This document shows, piece by piece, positions 45,858 to 54,543 of a stretch of DNA of 64,000 bases. Source of the DNA: an uncultured virus (IMG/VR IMGVR_UViG_3300024269_000036). Lineage: Duplodnaviria; Heunggongvirae; Uroviricota; Caudoviricetes. Position 1 is the stretch's first letter; each line of letters begins with the position of its first letter. The stretch covers positions 1 through 64,000 of IMG/VR virus record IMGVR_UViG_3300024269_000036; one strand, 5' to 3'. The notes under the pieces were generated by a model, which saw nothing but the letters and a program-made list of their open reading frames with translations, was not told the origin of the DNA and searched no databases. A program made the translations under genes and the position numbers.

Positions 45858-48392
45858 ATGCTTGAACCTCAGAGAAAAACAGAGATTACGACCGATGTAA
45901 TCAATTCATTTATTAATGGTACCGACCCTCAGGAACGTATCGTAAATCTTGAATATAAGTACAATGAAGATAAAATAAAAGTGTTCTACAGGGACGCAAA
46001 TGACGTTAAACACTACAAGATGGAACCATTCCGTCCATTCGTGTGGGCAACACGAAGAGCCTGTGAGAAACTTTGCAATGGAGACCGTTCTGAAGTGCAA
46101 CGCCTAATGCGTGAATTTGGAATTGGCATAAAAGTCCTTGATACAAAGAATAATCAAGGTGAAGTGGTTCCCGAAATCGCTGACAATGGCTATATCTTCA
46201 TGTTCTATGCAAAAAGGCCGATGTCATATCAGAGATTTTCAAAATTCTTTAAAGAAGCCGAAAACCCTTTATATTCGAAATCAAAGGCTGATGATAACTC
46301 AGAAGAAGAGGAAAATGAGAATTTCGTTTCAAAAGCAGATGAAAGACAGTATCTTGTGGTAACTCCACAGGAACAGTTCATGATATCCACAGGAAAACGA
46401 TTCTTTAAGGGGTATGAAGATTATGATAAACTCTTGAGGATGATATTCGACTTGGAGACTGAAGGCCTCGACCCTCGATATAATAGAATCAATCAGATTG
46501 GTGTGCGTTTTAATCGTCCTGTGATGTATAAGGGTAAAAAAGTTGATTTTGAACGCATCCTCACAGTAACAGGAAACACAAAGGAAGAACGTGATGCAAG
46601 TGAGTTGCACAACATTAAGGTATTCCTTTCAATGATTCAATATTTTAATCCTGACGTCATTACGGCACATAATGGAGAAAACTTCGACTGGAACTTCATT
46701 ATCACAAGATGTGAACAACTTGACTATCCAATTGAGTACATTTGTGAGGAGATGAAAATGTTTGGTGATGATGTTATTAGAAAGAATACCAAGGATACAG
46801 TCCTTAAACTTGGTGGTGAGGTGGAACAGTTCAAGCAGACAATCGTTCCGGGAATAATTGTGACAGATTCTCTCCATGCGGTAAGACGCGCTCAGGCAAT
46901 TGACAGTAATATGCTTAAGGCTGACCTTAAGTACGTTACCAAGTATTCAAAGATGGAAAAGGTTAACCGTGTCTATGTACCGGGTGACAAGATTTCAGAT
47001 ACATGGAATGATACTGTTAACACATATGCATTGAATAATGAAAATGGTGATTGGTATAAAGTAACTGAAGATAAACCAATTAAGGCCGGTTATTTACCTA
47101 CCACAGGAAAGTACATTGTTGAACGTTATCTTCTTGATGACCTTTGGGAATGTGATAAGGTAGAACATCGTTACAATACAACCAATTTTCTTATATGTAA
47201 AATGCTACCGGTCCCATACCAGAAATGTTGTACAATGGGAACTGCGGGACAGTGGAAAAGTTTGATGCTTGCTTGGTCATATGAAAACGGTCTCGCAATC
47301 CCACAGTTCGGTGAAGGTGGAACATTTACAGGTGGTCTCTCAAGACTTCTCACAGTAGGATTTGTTGATAATGTTGCGAAATTTGACTTTAACTCACTTT
47401 ATCCGTCAATTATTCTTACATGGGGAATTACTCATGGTAGAGACCTTATGGATTCAATGCTTAAGTTCCTTGAATATGTGCTTACTGAACGTGAGAAATA
47501 TAAGAAACTTAAGAAAAAAGCAGGAAAAGAAATAGATAAACTAAAAGAACGTATAAAAAACTTTAGTGGTAGTGATGATGAACTTAATGAGTTAAAAGAT
47601 AAATTGAAATTGGTGGAAAAAGAGGAATCAGCAAATGATAAAAAACAGCTTCAAATGAAGGTGTTAGGTAATAGCTTTTTCGGGTCATACGGGGCCGAGA
47701 ATCTTTTTCCATGGGGAAGCAAGATATGTGCTGAGAGGACAACATGTACAGGTCGTATGTGCCTTCGCCTTATGATTTCTCACTTTAATAGTCTTGGCTA
47801 TAAACCTATCGTTGGTGACTCTTTCACTCCTGACACGCCATTATTTATCCGTTGGAAAAATAGTGGGCTGATTGACATTCTTCCTGTTGAAACGCTTATC
47901 AATCCATTTGCTATTAAAGTAGATGAACTTGGTAGGGAATACGATTATTCAGAAAAGCCGTTTGAAGTGCTTTGTAGAAGTGGTTGGGTTTCACCTGAAT
48001 ACATTTATCGTCATGGGTGCGATAAGCCAATATACGAGGTTTCTGAGGGTGATATGAGGGTGGAAGTAACTGAGGACCACAGCCTCTTCAATTCTGATAA
48101 GGTTAAGATTAAACCAAGTGAGATAAATGAAAGTACGAAATTGGAGTATTATGAGGGCGAGATAAAGGGGCTTAATCAGAAGCGTTTCCCGTATGATGAT
48201 TGGAAACAAATTGGTATTGATGCGGCAAACAATCCTAATGGCAAGATAAACTGCGTTATTTTCAATACAACAAAGGAGAATATGAAGATTTTCTACGATT
48301 CGTTCATGGAGAATTATAAGGAGGGGGTTACGTACTCGAAAACCATTGTTGCAGGTCTCCAATATGTAAAGAAAATGATAAAAAATAGTTAA
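45858..48392 (+). CDS. polB: Family B DNA polymerase, N-terminal half (aa 1-654) fused to split-intein N fragment (aa 655-844)
   Basis: ExoI FDLETEG, ExoII HNGENFDW, ExoIII YLLDD, motif A DFNSLYPS, motif B K..GNSFFG, motif C broken at VGD. Confidence 0.92.
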   Translation: MLEPQRKTEITTDVINSFINGTDPQERIVNLEYKYNEDKIKVFYRDANDVKHYKMEPFRPFVWATRRACEKLCNGDRSEVQRLMREFGIGIKVLDTKNNQGEVVPEIADNGYIFMFYAKRPMSYQRFSKFFKEAENPLYSKSKADDNSEEEENENFVSKADERQYLVVTPQEQFMISTGKRFFKGYEDYDKLLRMIFDLETEGLDPRYNRINQIGVRFNRPVMYKGKKVDFERILTVTGNTKEERDASELHNIKVFLSMIQYFNPDVITAHNGENFDWNFIITRCEQLDYPIEYICEEMKMFGDDVIRKNTKDTVLKLGGEVEQFKQTIVPGIIVTDSLHAVRRAQAIDSNMLKADLKYVTKYSKMEKVNRVYVPGDKISDTWNDTVNTYALNNENGDWYKVTEDKPIKAGYLPTTGKYIVERYLLDDLWECDKVEHRYNTTNFLICKMLPVPYQKCCTMGTAGQWKSLMLAWSYENGLAIPQFGEGGTFTGGLSRLLTVGFVDNVAKFDFNSLYPSIILTWGITHGRDLMDSMLKFLEYVLTEREKYKKLKKKAGKEIDKLKERIKNFSGSDDELNELKDKLKLVEKEESANDKKQLQMKVLGNSFFGSYGAENLFPWGSKICAERTTCTGRMCLRLMISHFNSLGYKPIVGDSFTPDTPLFIRWKNSGLIDILPVETLINPFAIKVDELGREYDYSEKPFEVLCRSGWVSPEYIYRHGCDKPIYEVSEGDMRVEVTEDHSLFNSDKVKIKPSEINESTKLEYYEGEIKGLNQKRFPYDDWKQIGIDAANNPNGKINCVIFNTTKENMKIFYDSFMENYKEGVTYSKTIVAGLQYVKKMIKNS
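47820..48392 (+). mobile_element. Split intein N fragment (IntN, 190 aa)
   Basis: Block A SFTPDTPLFI, block B VEVTEDHSLF (TxxH), degenerate endonuclease-like tail. Confidence 0.88.
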
Positions 48393-48398
48393 AAAAGT

Positions 48399-48423
48399 AA
48401 ACCCAGGATAAAATCCTGGGTTT
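48399..48423. terminator. Bidirectional terminator after polB-N
   Basis: AAACCCAGGAT-AAA-ATCCTGGGTTT between convergent genes. Confidence 0.75.
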
Positions 48424-48483
48424 GTTTATTCTCCTTCTATGATTTCATTTTCATCATTAGTTGATGTATCTTCGGGGTCTATG

Positions 48484-50367
48484 CTATTCCCCCGAATAGT
48501 CTTCAGGAGCAATGGTCCAATTAGTGCGATTGACTACATATGTAACTCCATTCAAAAGACCTTTAAACTTAGTTGGGTTATCATAGTCGTCCCATTCAAC
48601 TACAACTATTGGTTCACCACCTGTTATTCTCATTATATTCCAACACCAATCACAGAAAAAATTTGTTTTACTTTCATTCAATAATTCATCTGGTATTGTA
48701 GTCACACTGTTAGAAGAAATCATAAATGGGGTATATAAATATTTTGACATTATTCTATACTGTTCCTCGTTAAGAATTCCTCCATCACTACTATACTGTT
48801 CAAAACTATTTACAGAACCTATGTTATTTCTAATTGTTTGTTTTTCTTCATTGGTTAAATCATTTGTTGTTAATAAAACATTTTTAACTGAATCACCGAT
48901 ATGATTTTTATCAACTTTATTGGACAACTTATGTTCTCCTGCAATAAAATCTTGAGAAATTATAGGTTCTACAGTTGTAACTTTCGAAACAAATAAGCCA
49001 TAATTATTAAATGTCGCAATTTTATTGCCCTCATTATCAATAATATGAAATTCATCGTTAAAGTCATCAGTTAAATTAGAATCGTTTTCAAGGTGACTAA
49101 TTTTTGTTGGTAGCGGTATTGTTGTCACAGAACTACCATTGAAAATGTCGATACTAAAGTTTTTACTTGACCCTGCTTTAATTGTTAGTGCATTAGCCAC
49201 ACTATCAGCCGCACCACCTTTACTTGATGAAGAAGCATATTTTATATTTTGCAATTCAGTAATAGCAGATGTATTTAAAGAAACTTCATTTGTTAAAGTT
49301 TCTACATCATCACTTAAAGATGATATATTTTTTTCATTATTTTGGATATTGTCTTTTAATGTGCCAACTGAAGTGTTGATGTTTAAAAAATTATTATTTA
49401 CATAATTTAAATCTGATTTTTCAGTTAATTTATGCTTTCCTGCAATAAACTCAGTTGAAGTTACGCCATTGTTATCTATAGTTACTATTATATTAGTCTT
49501 ATTATCGACAATTTTTAAAGTACCTTCCTCTGAATCGTTAAATGGATTTTCAGTTAAGTCAGAAAACTTAATATTCCCTATCGATTTTTGAGTATCAACT
49601 CGAAGTTTTAAAAGTTCATTGTCAACGTAAGTTCTTTCCGTTTTATTAGTAAGATAATGTTTACCTGCACGAAATTCCACTGCCTCGGCCCCTTTTTCGT
49701 CAACCTTAAATGCAATGTTATTTTTGTTATCGGATATTTGAAATGCGGGGTCTTCATCAATTTTAATTGCGTTTGATAACTTAGTGTCACTAATTTTAAC
49801 ATTAGTAATGCGTCCTTTCTCTTGTTTAAGAGTAATATCAACATATTCTCCTGAAGAAAAATTAGTTGTTGTTAAATCATCTAAACGGTTTTCAAGTATA
49901 TTATTATCAATTTTTTCAGTTAATTTATGACCACGTGCATTAAATTCTACAGAAGAAACACCATTGCTATCTATGCTGGTAATTATATTACCATTTAAAT
50001 CCGCAATATCAAAAGAGCCTGATTCATCTTCTTTAAAAGGTAAATTTTCATTAGCATTAAAAATTAGATTATCTACATAATTTTTATCTACTTTATTAGA
50101 AAGTTTATGAATACCATCTTCAGAAATAACTTCAACATCAATAACGTGCAGACCTTTATCATCGAATTTTGCTACTATATTACCATTTTCGTCAACAATA
50201 TTAAATTCCCCATCATCAGTAATTGCGAATGGGTTATCAGTCAAATCATTAAAATTACCCGAAAAACTACTTGGAGTATACCCCAAAGCCTTATGAATTG
50301 TTTCTTTAGTTACATCATCACCTATTTTAAGCAATTTATCGGATAATTGTATATAAAATGTTGCCAT
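48484..50367 (-). CDS. Tail-fibre-like repeat protein
   Basis: Five F.I.D..GNI....D..G....EF.AG.HKL..K repeats; ALGYTP and LT.EEK..IR.NIG fibre motifs. Confidence 0.65.
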   Translation of the reverse strand: MATFYIQLSDKLLKIGDDVTKETIHKALGYTPSSFSGNFNDLTDNPFAITDDGEFNIVDENGNIVAKFDDKGLHVIDVEVISEDGIHKLSNKVDKNYVDNLIFNANENLPFKEDESGSFDIADLNGNIITSIDSNGVSSVEFNARGHKLTEKIDNNILENRLDDLTTTNFSSGEYVDITLKQEKGRITNVKISDTKLSNAIKIDEDPAFQISDNKNNIAFKVDEKGAEAVEFRAGKHYLTNKTERTYVDNELLKLRVDTQKSIGNIKFSDLTENPFNDSEEGTLKIVDNKTNIIVTIDNNGVTSTEFIAGKHKLTEKSDLNYVNNNFLNINTSVGTLKDNIQNNEKNISSLSDDVETLTNEVSLNTSAITELQNIKYASSSSKGGAADSVANALTIKAGSSKNFSIDIFNGSSVTTIPLPTKISHLENDSNLTDDFNDEFHIIDNEGNKIATFNNYGLFVSKVTTVEPIISQDFIAGEHKLSNKVDKNHIGDSVKNVLLTTNDLTNEEKQTIRNNIGSVNSFEQYSSDGGILNEEQYRIMSKYLYTPFMISSNSVTTIPDELLNESKTNFFCDWCWNIMRITGGEPIVVVEWDDYDNPTKFKGLLNGVTYVVNRTNWTIAPEDYSGE

Positions 50368-50405
50368 ATCTTGTTATTTTTATTGTTTTATAAAATGGGG
50401 TGTGG

Positions 50406-51524
50406 TTATTCATTAACCACACCCCCAGGTAAATAAGGTCCAAAAAATGTCGAACCATCATTTCCATTTAACACCGCACTTGGGTTGGTATGGAAGTATG
50501 TGTTTGTTACCATATTTTGATTTTTTAATCCTTCTGAATGTGTACTTGTAAATTGAACATTACCCCAAATATTTCCATTAAATATAACTCCTTTACAATC
50601 TTTTAATGTAACAGCACCATACCAAATATTTTGTCCCGTAAAATTCCATCCAACGGTGCTTTTATTCATGTAAATTGCAACACCGCCACCTAATCCAGTA
50701 ATTGAATTATGGTTGTAAGTACAACTATAACAGCCTCCGTGTGACTCGTTAGTAATTCCGTCCCCATTCAAAGCAAAACCGCAATAATTGTTACAAAACA
50801 TGTTGCCAACATACATATTGTTTCCACCTTCATTTAGAACACCAATAAAGTTGTCACCAAAATTACAACATTCCACCTGATTATATTCGCCATATTGAGC
50901 AAACCACAAACCATAATAATTAAAATAAAAACTAGAACGTGTCACTTCTATAGTATGGAAGAAACGGCCATATTCACCCCCTCCTGAATCGTTGTCTGCA
51001 CAATATAGTCCACACATGTCCCATCCTAAAACATCAACATCAGTAATTTTAACACGTCTGGTTTTTTCACACCAAATACCATAACGATTGCCTGAATTTG
51101 TTTTATCAAGAATATCATCGACATTACCCGTAGGTTGCACTTTAGATGCCCCGCCATCAATAAACATTCTTGAAATTGTCACATTAGTCGAACCAACGAT
51201 GTAAAAAAGAATATTAGATGCACTATCACTTGATAATTTAAATATGGTTTTAGTGTTTCCGATAAATGATATGTTAGAAGGGACTGTTATATGCGAAGGA
51301 AAAATATATTCACCATCATTAAACCTAATAGTTTTGCCATTGGCTGCTGATAATAACTCATTCATTTTACTCATATCAACAACACCAGGTACTACACCAT
51401 ATGACGATGCATAAATATCCTCTACACCTCCTTGTGAAGCACTTATTATTCCATCTTCCATATTAATAAGGTGAGTATGCTCTAATGTCATTCCCTTCAC
51501 AAACCCTTGTTTTGTATAACCCAT
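50406..51524 (-). CDS. Parallel beta-helix (pectate-lyase-like) protein; candidate tailspike/depolymerase
   Basis: KTIRFNDGEY...VPSNISFIG...NVTISRMFIDG; Asn/Cys-rich beta-helix rungs; likely start MGYTKQ. Confidence 0.7.
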   Translation of the reverse strand: MGYTKQGFVKGMTLEHTHLINMEDGIISASQGGVEDIYASSYGVVPGVVDMSKMNELLSAANGKTIRFNDGEYIFPSHITVPSNISFIGNTKTIFKLSSDSASNILFYIVGSTNVTISRMFIDGGASKVQPTGNVDDILDKTNSGNRYGIWCEKTRRVKITDVDVLGWDMCGLYCADNDSGGGEYGRFFHTIEVTRSSFYFNYYGLWFAQYGEYNQVECCNFGDNFIGVLNEGGNNMYVGNMFCNNYCGFALNGDGITNESHGGCYSCTYNHNSITGLGGGVAIYMNKSTVGWNFTGQNIWYGAVTLKDCKGVIFNGNIWGNVQFTSTHSEGLKNQNMVTNTYFHTNPSAVLNGNDGSTFFGPYLPGGVVNE

Positions 51525-51556
51525 GTCAATTATTTTTTTTTGAAAAAAATTATATT

Positions 51557-52420
51557 TTAATAACCATAAATTACCATAGGACAATAATAATTAGCAGTTT
51601 TTCCTGCAACTGTTTGTCCCAAAACAATTGTTGTACCAAAATAAGGTTTACCAAGTATACTATTAGAAGTCGTATAATTTACATAAGGGATAGTATACAA
51701 TGATGAATAATCACTATAACCTTCATTTACTGTAATACCAAGATGAATATTTTTTTGCAATGTACGTTTAATAGGACATCTAATAATTTGATAACCATTT
51801 GTTTCGGTAGTATCAGATAAAATAGATGATTGATTTGCTTGGTCATATACTAATTCTTCGACAGTTTCTGTTTCAGCATCCACAAAATATAGTTTAATAT
51901 ATGGAATAGTTATAGGTTCGCTAGGGAAAGTTTTGTTAGGTGTGATAACATAAAAATCAACATAATCTACATATGTACCTCCTGAAAGAGCACATCTTTC
52001 TACGAATGAAGAACCACCTGTACCTTGAGTAGGACCATATGATGAAACACTTAAATCTGAGAAATTAACATTATTGTTTAACAATATAACTGTTTCTTGT
52101 CCATCACTTCCATCTCCATTATTTTCATAAATGCTTGCAATTGAAATACTGATGTTATTGGTTACTACTGGAATTGTTATAGTCATAATATTATCTTGAA
52201 TATTTGGTTCTATTACCTCACCACCCATAACAATACTATATTCACCAAATATATAATCTTGTGATAATGTAACAGTCCATACTACGTTTTCCTCGTTTCT
52301 ATTAATAAAATTAGGAATATTGTGCGATATACCTGCACCCATAGTTTTTTGCACAATATAAGTGCTAAGTGTTCCTATATTTGATGCTGAAAAATTAGCA
52401 CCTTTAATATATAAAATCAT
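51557..52420 (-). CDS. Putative structural/receptor-binding accessory protein
   Basis: ILYIKGANFSASNIG N-terminus; Ig-like segment (ITIPVVTNNISI). Confidence 0.55.
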   Translation of the reverse strand: MILYIKGANFSASNIGTLSTYIVQKTMGAGISHNIPNFINRNEENVVWTVTLSQDYIFGEYSIVMGGEVIEPNIQDNIMTITIPVVTNNISISIASIYENNGDGSDGQETVILLNNNVNFSDLSVSSYGPTQGTGGSSFVERCALSGGTYVDYVDFYVITPNKTFPSEPITIPYIKLYFVDAETETVEELVYDQANQSSILSDTTETNGYQIIRCPIKRTLQKNIHLGITVNEGYSDYSSLYTIPYVNYTTSNSILGKPYFGTTIVLGQTVAGKTANYYCPMVIYGY

Positions 52421-52435
52421 CTCTTTATTTATTTT

Positions 52436-52786
52436 TTATTCTAAAATCATTTCTCCAATTACACCCTCACCTAATTTAGATGAAGCGCCATTTGTGTTTT
52501 CTTCATCATCTATAATGACAACAATTGCGCCTATTGCAATTTTACCAGCAGCATATGCCGCATCGTATTCTGCCTGTGTACCATAAAACAGTTTTGAATC
52601 AATATACGATTTGGGAACAAATATATCTAATGCTTCACCATCTTGTGATAATACATAAAGTTCTGAGTCTCCGCTAACACCATGTTTAATGGCAATTTCT
52701 CCTTGGAGCATTCCTATTTCTTTAGCTTTACCAATTGATAATGGTGAATTTCCACGTAGATGTTGTATTATATTTCGGTTTTCCAT
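52436..52786 (-). CDS. Small fibre adaptor-like protein
   Basis: IIQHLRG...GEIAI N-terminal motif shared with the 12521 ORF; GTQAEYDA motif. Confidence 0.55.
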   Translation of the reverse strand: MENRNIIQHLRGNSPLSIGKAKEIGMLQGEIAIKHGVSGDSELYVLSQDGEALDIFVPKSYIDSKLFYGTQAEYDAAYAAGKIAIGAIVVIIDDEENTNGASSKLGEGVIGEMILE

Positions 52787-52961
52787 ATATATATTTATTT
52801 TTCACTATAAAAATTATTTCTAACATTTTTAGCAGTAACGTATTGTAAATTCATACTACTTTTTCTTAATAAATATCATAAAAAGTCCAGACATTTTCGT
52901 ATAGACTTCAGTTATTTATGGCATTTTTAGTGTAACTTGTATATCATTCCCAAAAAATATA

Positions 52962-52993
52962 TTTGGAAAAAAGAAAAATAGTTTTTATTTTTG
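52962..52993 (+). promoter_or_regulatory. SigmaA-type promoter of polB C-half
   Basis: TTTG-N20-TATTTTTG, 27 nt before ATG 53021. Confidence 0.7.
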
Positions 52994-53020
52994 CAAAAAC
53001 TTAATGAAAAATATTTTAAT

Positions 53021-53122
53021 ATGATTAAAGTAGAGAAAAAGGGAAAAACAGATGATTACGTTTATGATATTTCATGTGATGGTACAATTGTAAATGCGTT
53101 GGGACTAAATGTAATCTCAAAT
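53021..53122 (+). mobile_element. Split intein C fragment (IntC)
   Basis: Block F YVYDIS; block G ending in SN with Thr at +1. Confidence 0.88.
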
Positions 53123-54541
53123 ACTGACGGATTTAACTTCAAACTCCCGTCAGAGTATCGTTATACTGACGAAAACCCTTACATTGGAAAAGGACTAAAT
53201 AGAAATGTCGTAGAAGGGCAAAAATATACAGGTTTCAAGGCCGATGTCGCTGAGTTCAATGACCTTTATATGCGAGGAAAGATGGGACTCGGCATAGATG
53301 AGATTGTTGATTCGACCATCAACTTCTCACGTAAAAATTACGCAGATTATTTCCCGGAAAATCCATTTCCTAATGATGTGAAACTTGTCGGTAATACCAT
53401 TAAATCCAAGAAAATGCCTATATATATTTCAAAGTTTCTTGAAAAAGGTATCAGGTTGCTTCTGCAGAACAATGGCTCAGGATTTTTGGATGAATATTAT
53501 TCTTATATAGAAAAGATATACAATTATCAGATTCCGCTTAAGGATATTGCATCCAAGGGTAAGGTAAAAAAGAACATTAAAGATTATATTAAGGATTGCA
53601 AGACGCTTACTAAGGCAGGTAGGCCTAAGTCACGTCAGGCATGGATGGAATTGGCAATTAAGGAAGGGCTTGATGTCAAGCAGGGTGAGACTTTGTATTA
53701 TGTAAATACAGGTAAAAGCAAGTCACAGGCTGATGTCAAGAAAGTGGCTAAATATTATGAATATCAGACTTTATCAAACGGTGAACACGAGAAGGTGGAT
53801 GTAACCACTAAAATTGAAAAGGAGTTCAAGGCGCATAAGAAAGAGGACAAGTCCCTTACAATGAATGAATTCTTAACAAAGGCCTATCCATATGCTCAGA
53901 AAGAGGATGAGATTATTCTTAACGCACGACTTCTTCCACAGAATATTGTTGATTCTGAAACAGATGTATATTGTCAGGAAGGTGAGGAATATAATTCAGC
54001 AAAGTATATTGACATGTTCAATAAGAGAATCACACCTCTTCTTGTATGCTTCTCGAAAGATATTAGAACACGTATTCTTATTACCAATCCTGAGGACCGT
54101 CCATATTTTACCGAGGAAGAATCAGTACTTACTTCGGGACAACCTAATAAGGAAGGCGACCAAGATACATATGAACAGTTGATGACAATGGAAGATAAGG
54201 AGATTCGTTTTTGGAAAGCCCATCCTGAGTTCGATATTCCTTTCATTGATGAATGTTCTATGAATTGGGAGGAAATTGTGGCTGACTATGATAGGAGAAT
54301 GGCTGAGGAAGAGGAAAAGGGTATTAATGAAATTCGTAATGCATTCAATGAGGCGTTTGAAGCCCTGCCATATGATGAAAAAGTAGCATTTGCTGAAGAT
54401 GGGGATATACCTAAGAGCATATCGGCAATTGCTGATATTGACCCTAAGACAGGAAATTTTGTTTCAAAGAAGTACCCTGAATATGTTCTTATGACATTAT
54501 CAGACCTTATTGAGAGTATTAGTGAGTATAATGCAGTTTGA
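53021..54541 (+). CDS. polB: Split-intein C fragment (34 aa) fused to family B DNA polymerase C-terminal half (472 aa)
   Basis: MIKVEKKGKTDDYVYDIS...NVISN followed by TDGFNF (rest of motif C); SRKNYA and VGNTIKSK. Confidence 0.9.
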   Translation: MIKVEKKGKTDDYVYDISCDGTIVNALGLNVISNTDGFNFKLPSEYRYTDENPYIGKGLNRNVVEGQKYTGFKADVAEFNDLYMRGKMGLGIDEIVDSTINFSRKNYADYFPENPFPNDVKLVGNTIKSKKMPIYISKFLEKGIRLLLQNNGSGFLDEYYSYIEKIYNYQIPLKDIASKGKVKKNIKDYIKDCKTLTKAGRPKSRQAWMELAIKEGLDVKQGETLYYVNTGKSKSQADVKKVAKYYEYQTLSNGEHEKVDVTTKIEKEFKAHKKEDKSLTMNEFLTKAYPYAQKEDEIILNARLLPQNIVDSETDVYCQEGEEYNSAKYIDMFNKRITPLLVCFSKDIRTRILITNPEDRPYFTEEESVLTSGQPNKEGDQDTYEQLMTMEDKEIRFWKAHPEFDIPFIDECSMNWEEIVADYDRRMAEEEEKGINEIRNAFNEAFEALPYDEKVAFAEDGDIPKSISAIADIDPKTGNFVSKKYPEYVLMTLSDLIESISEYNAV

Positions 54542-54543
54542 TT

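Noticed and set aside
48393..53020. Group I/II intron or free-standing homing endonuclease splitting polB
   Set aside because: The gap is filled by opposite-strand structural-type ORFs, has a terminator and a new promoter, and both halves carry intein motifs.
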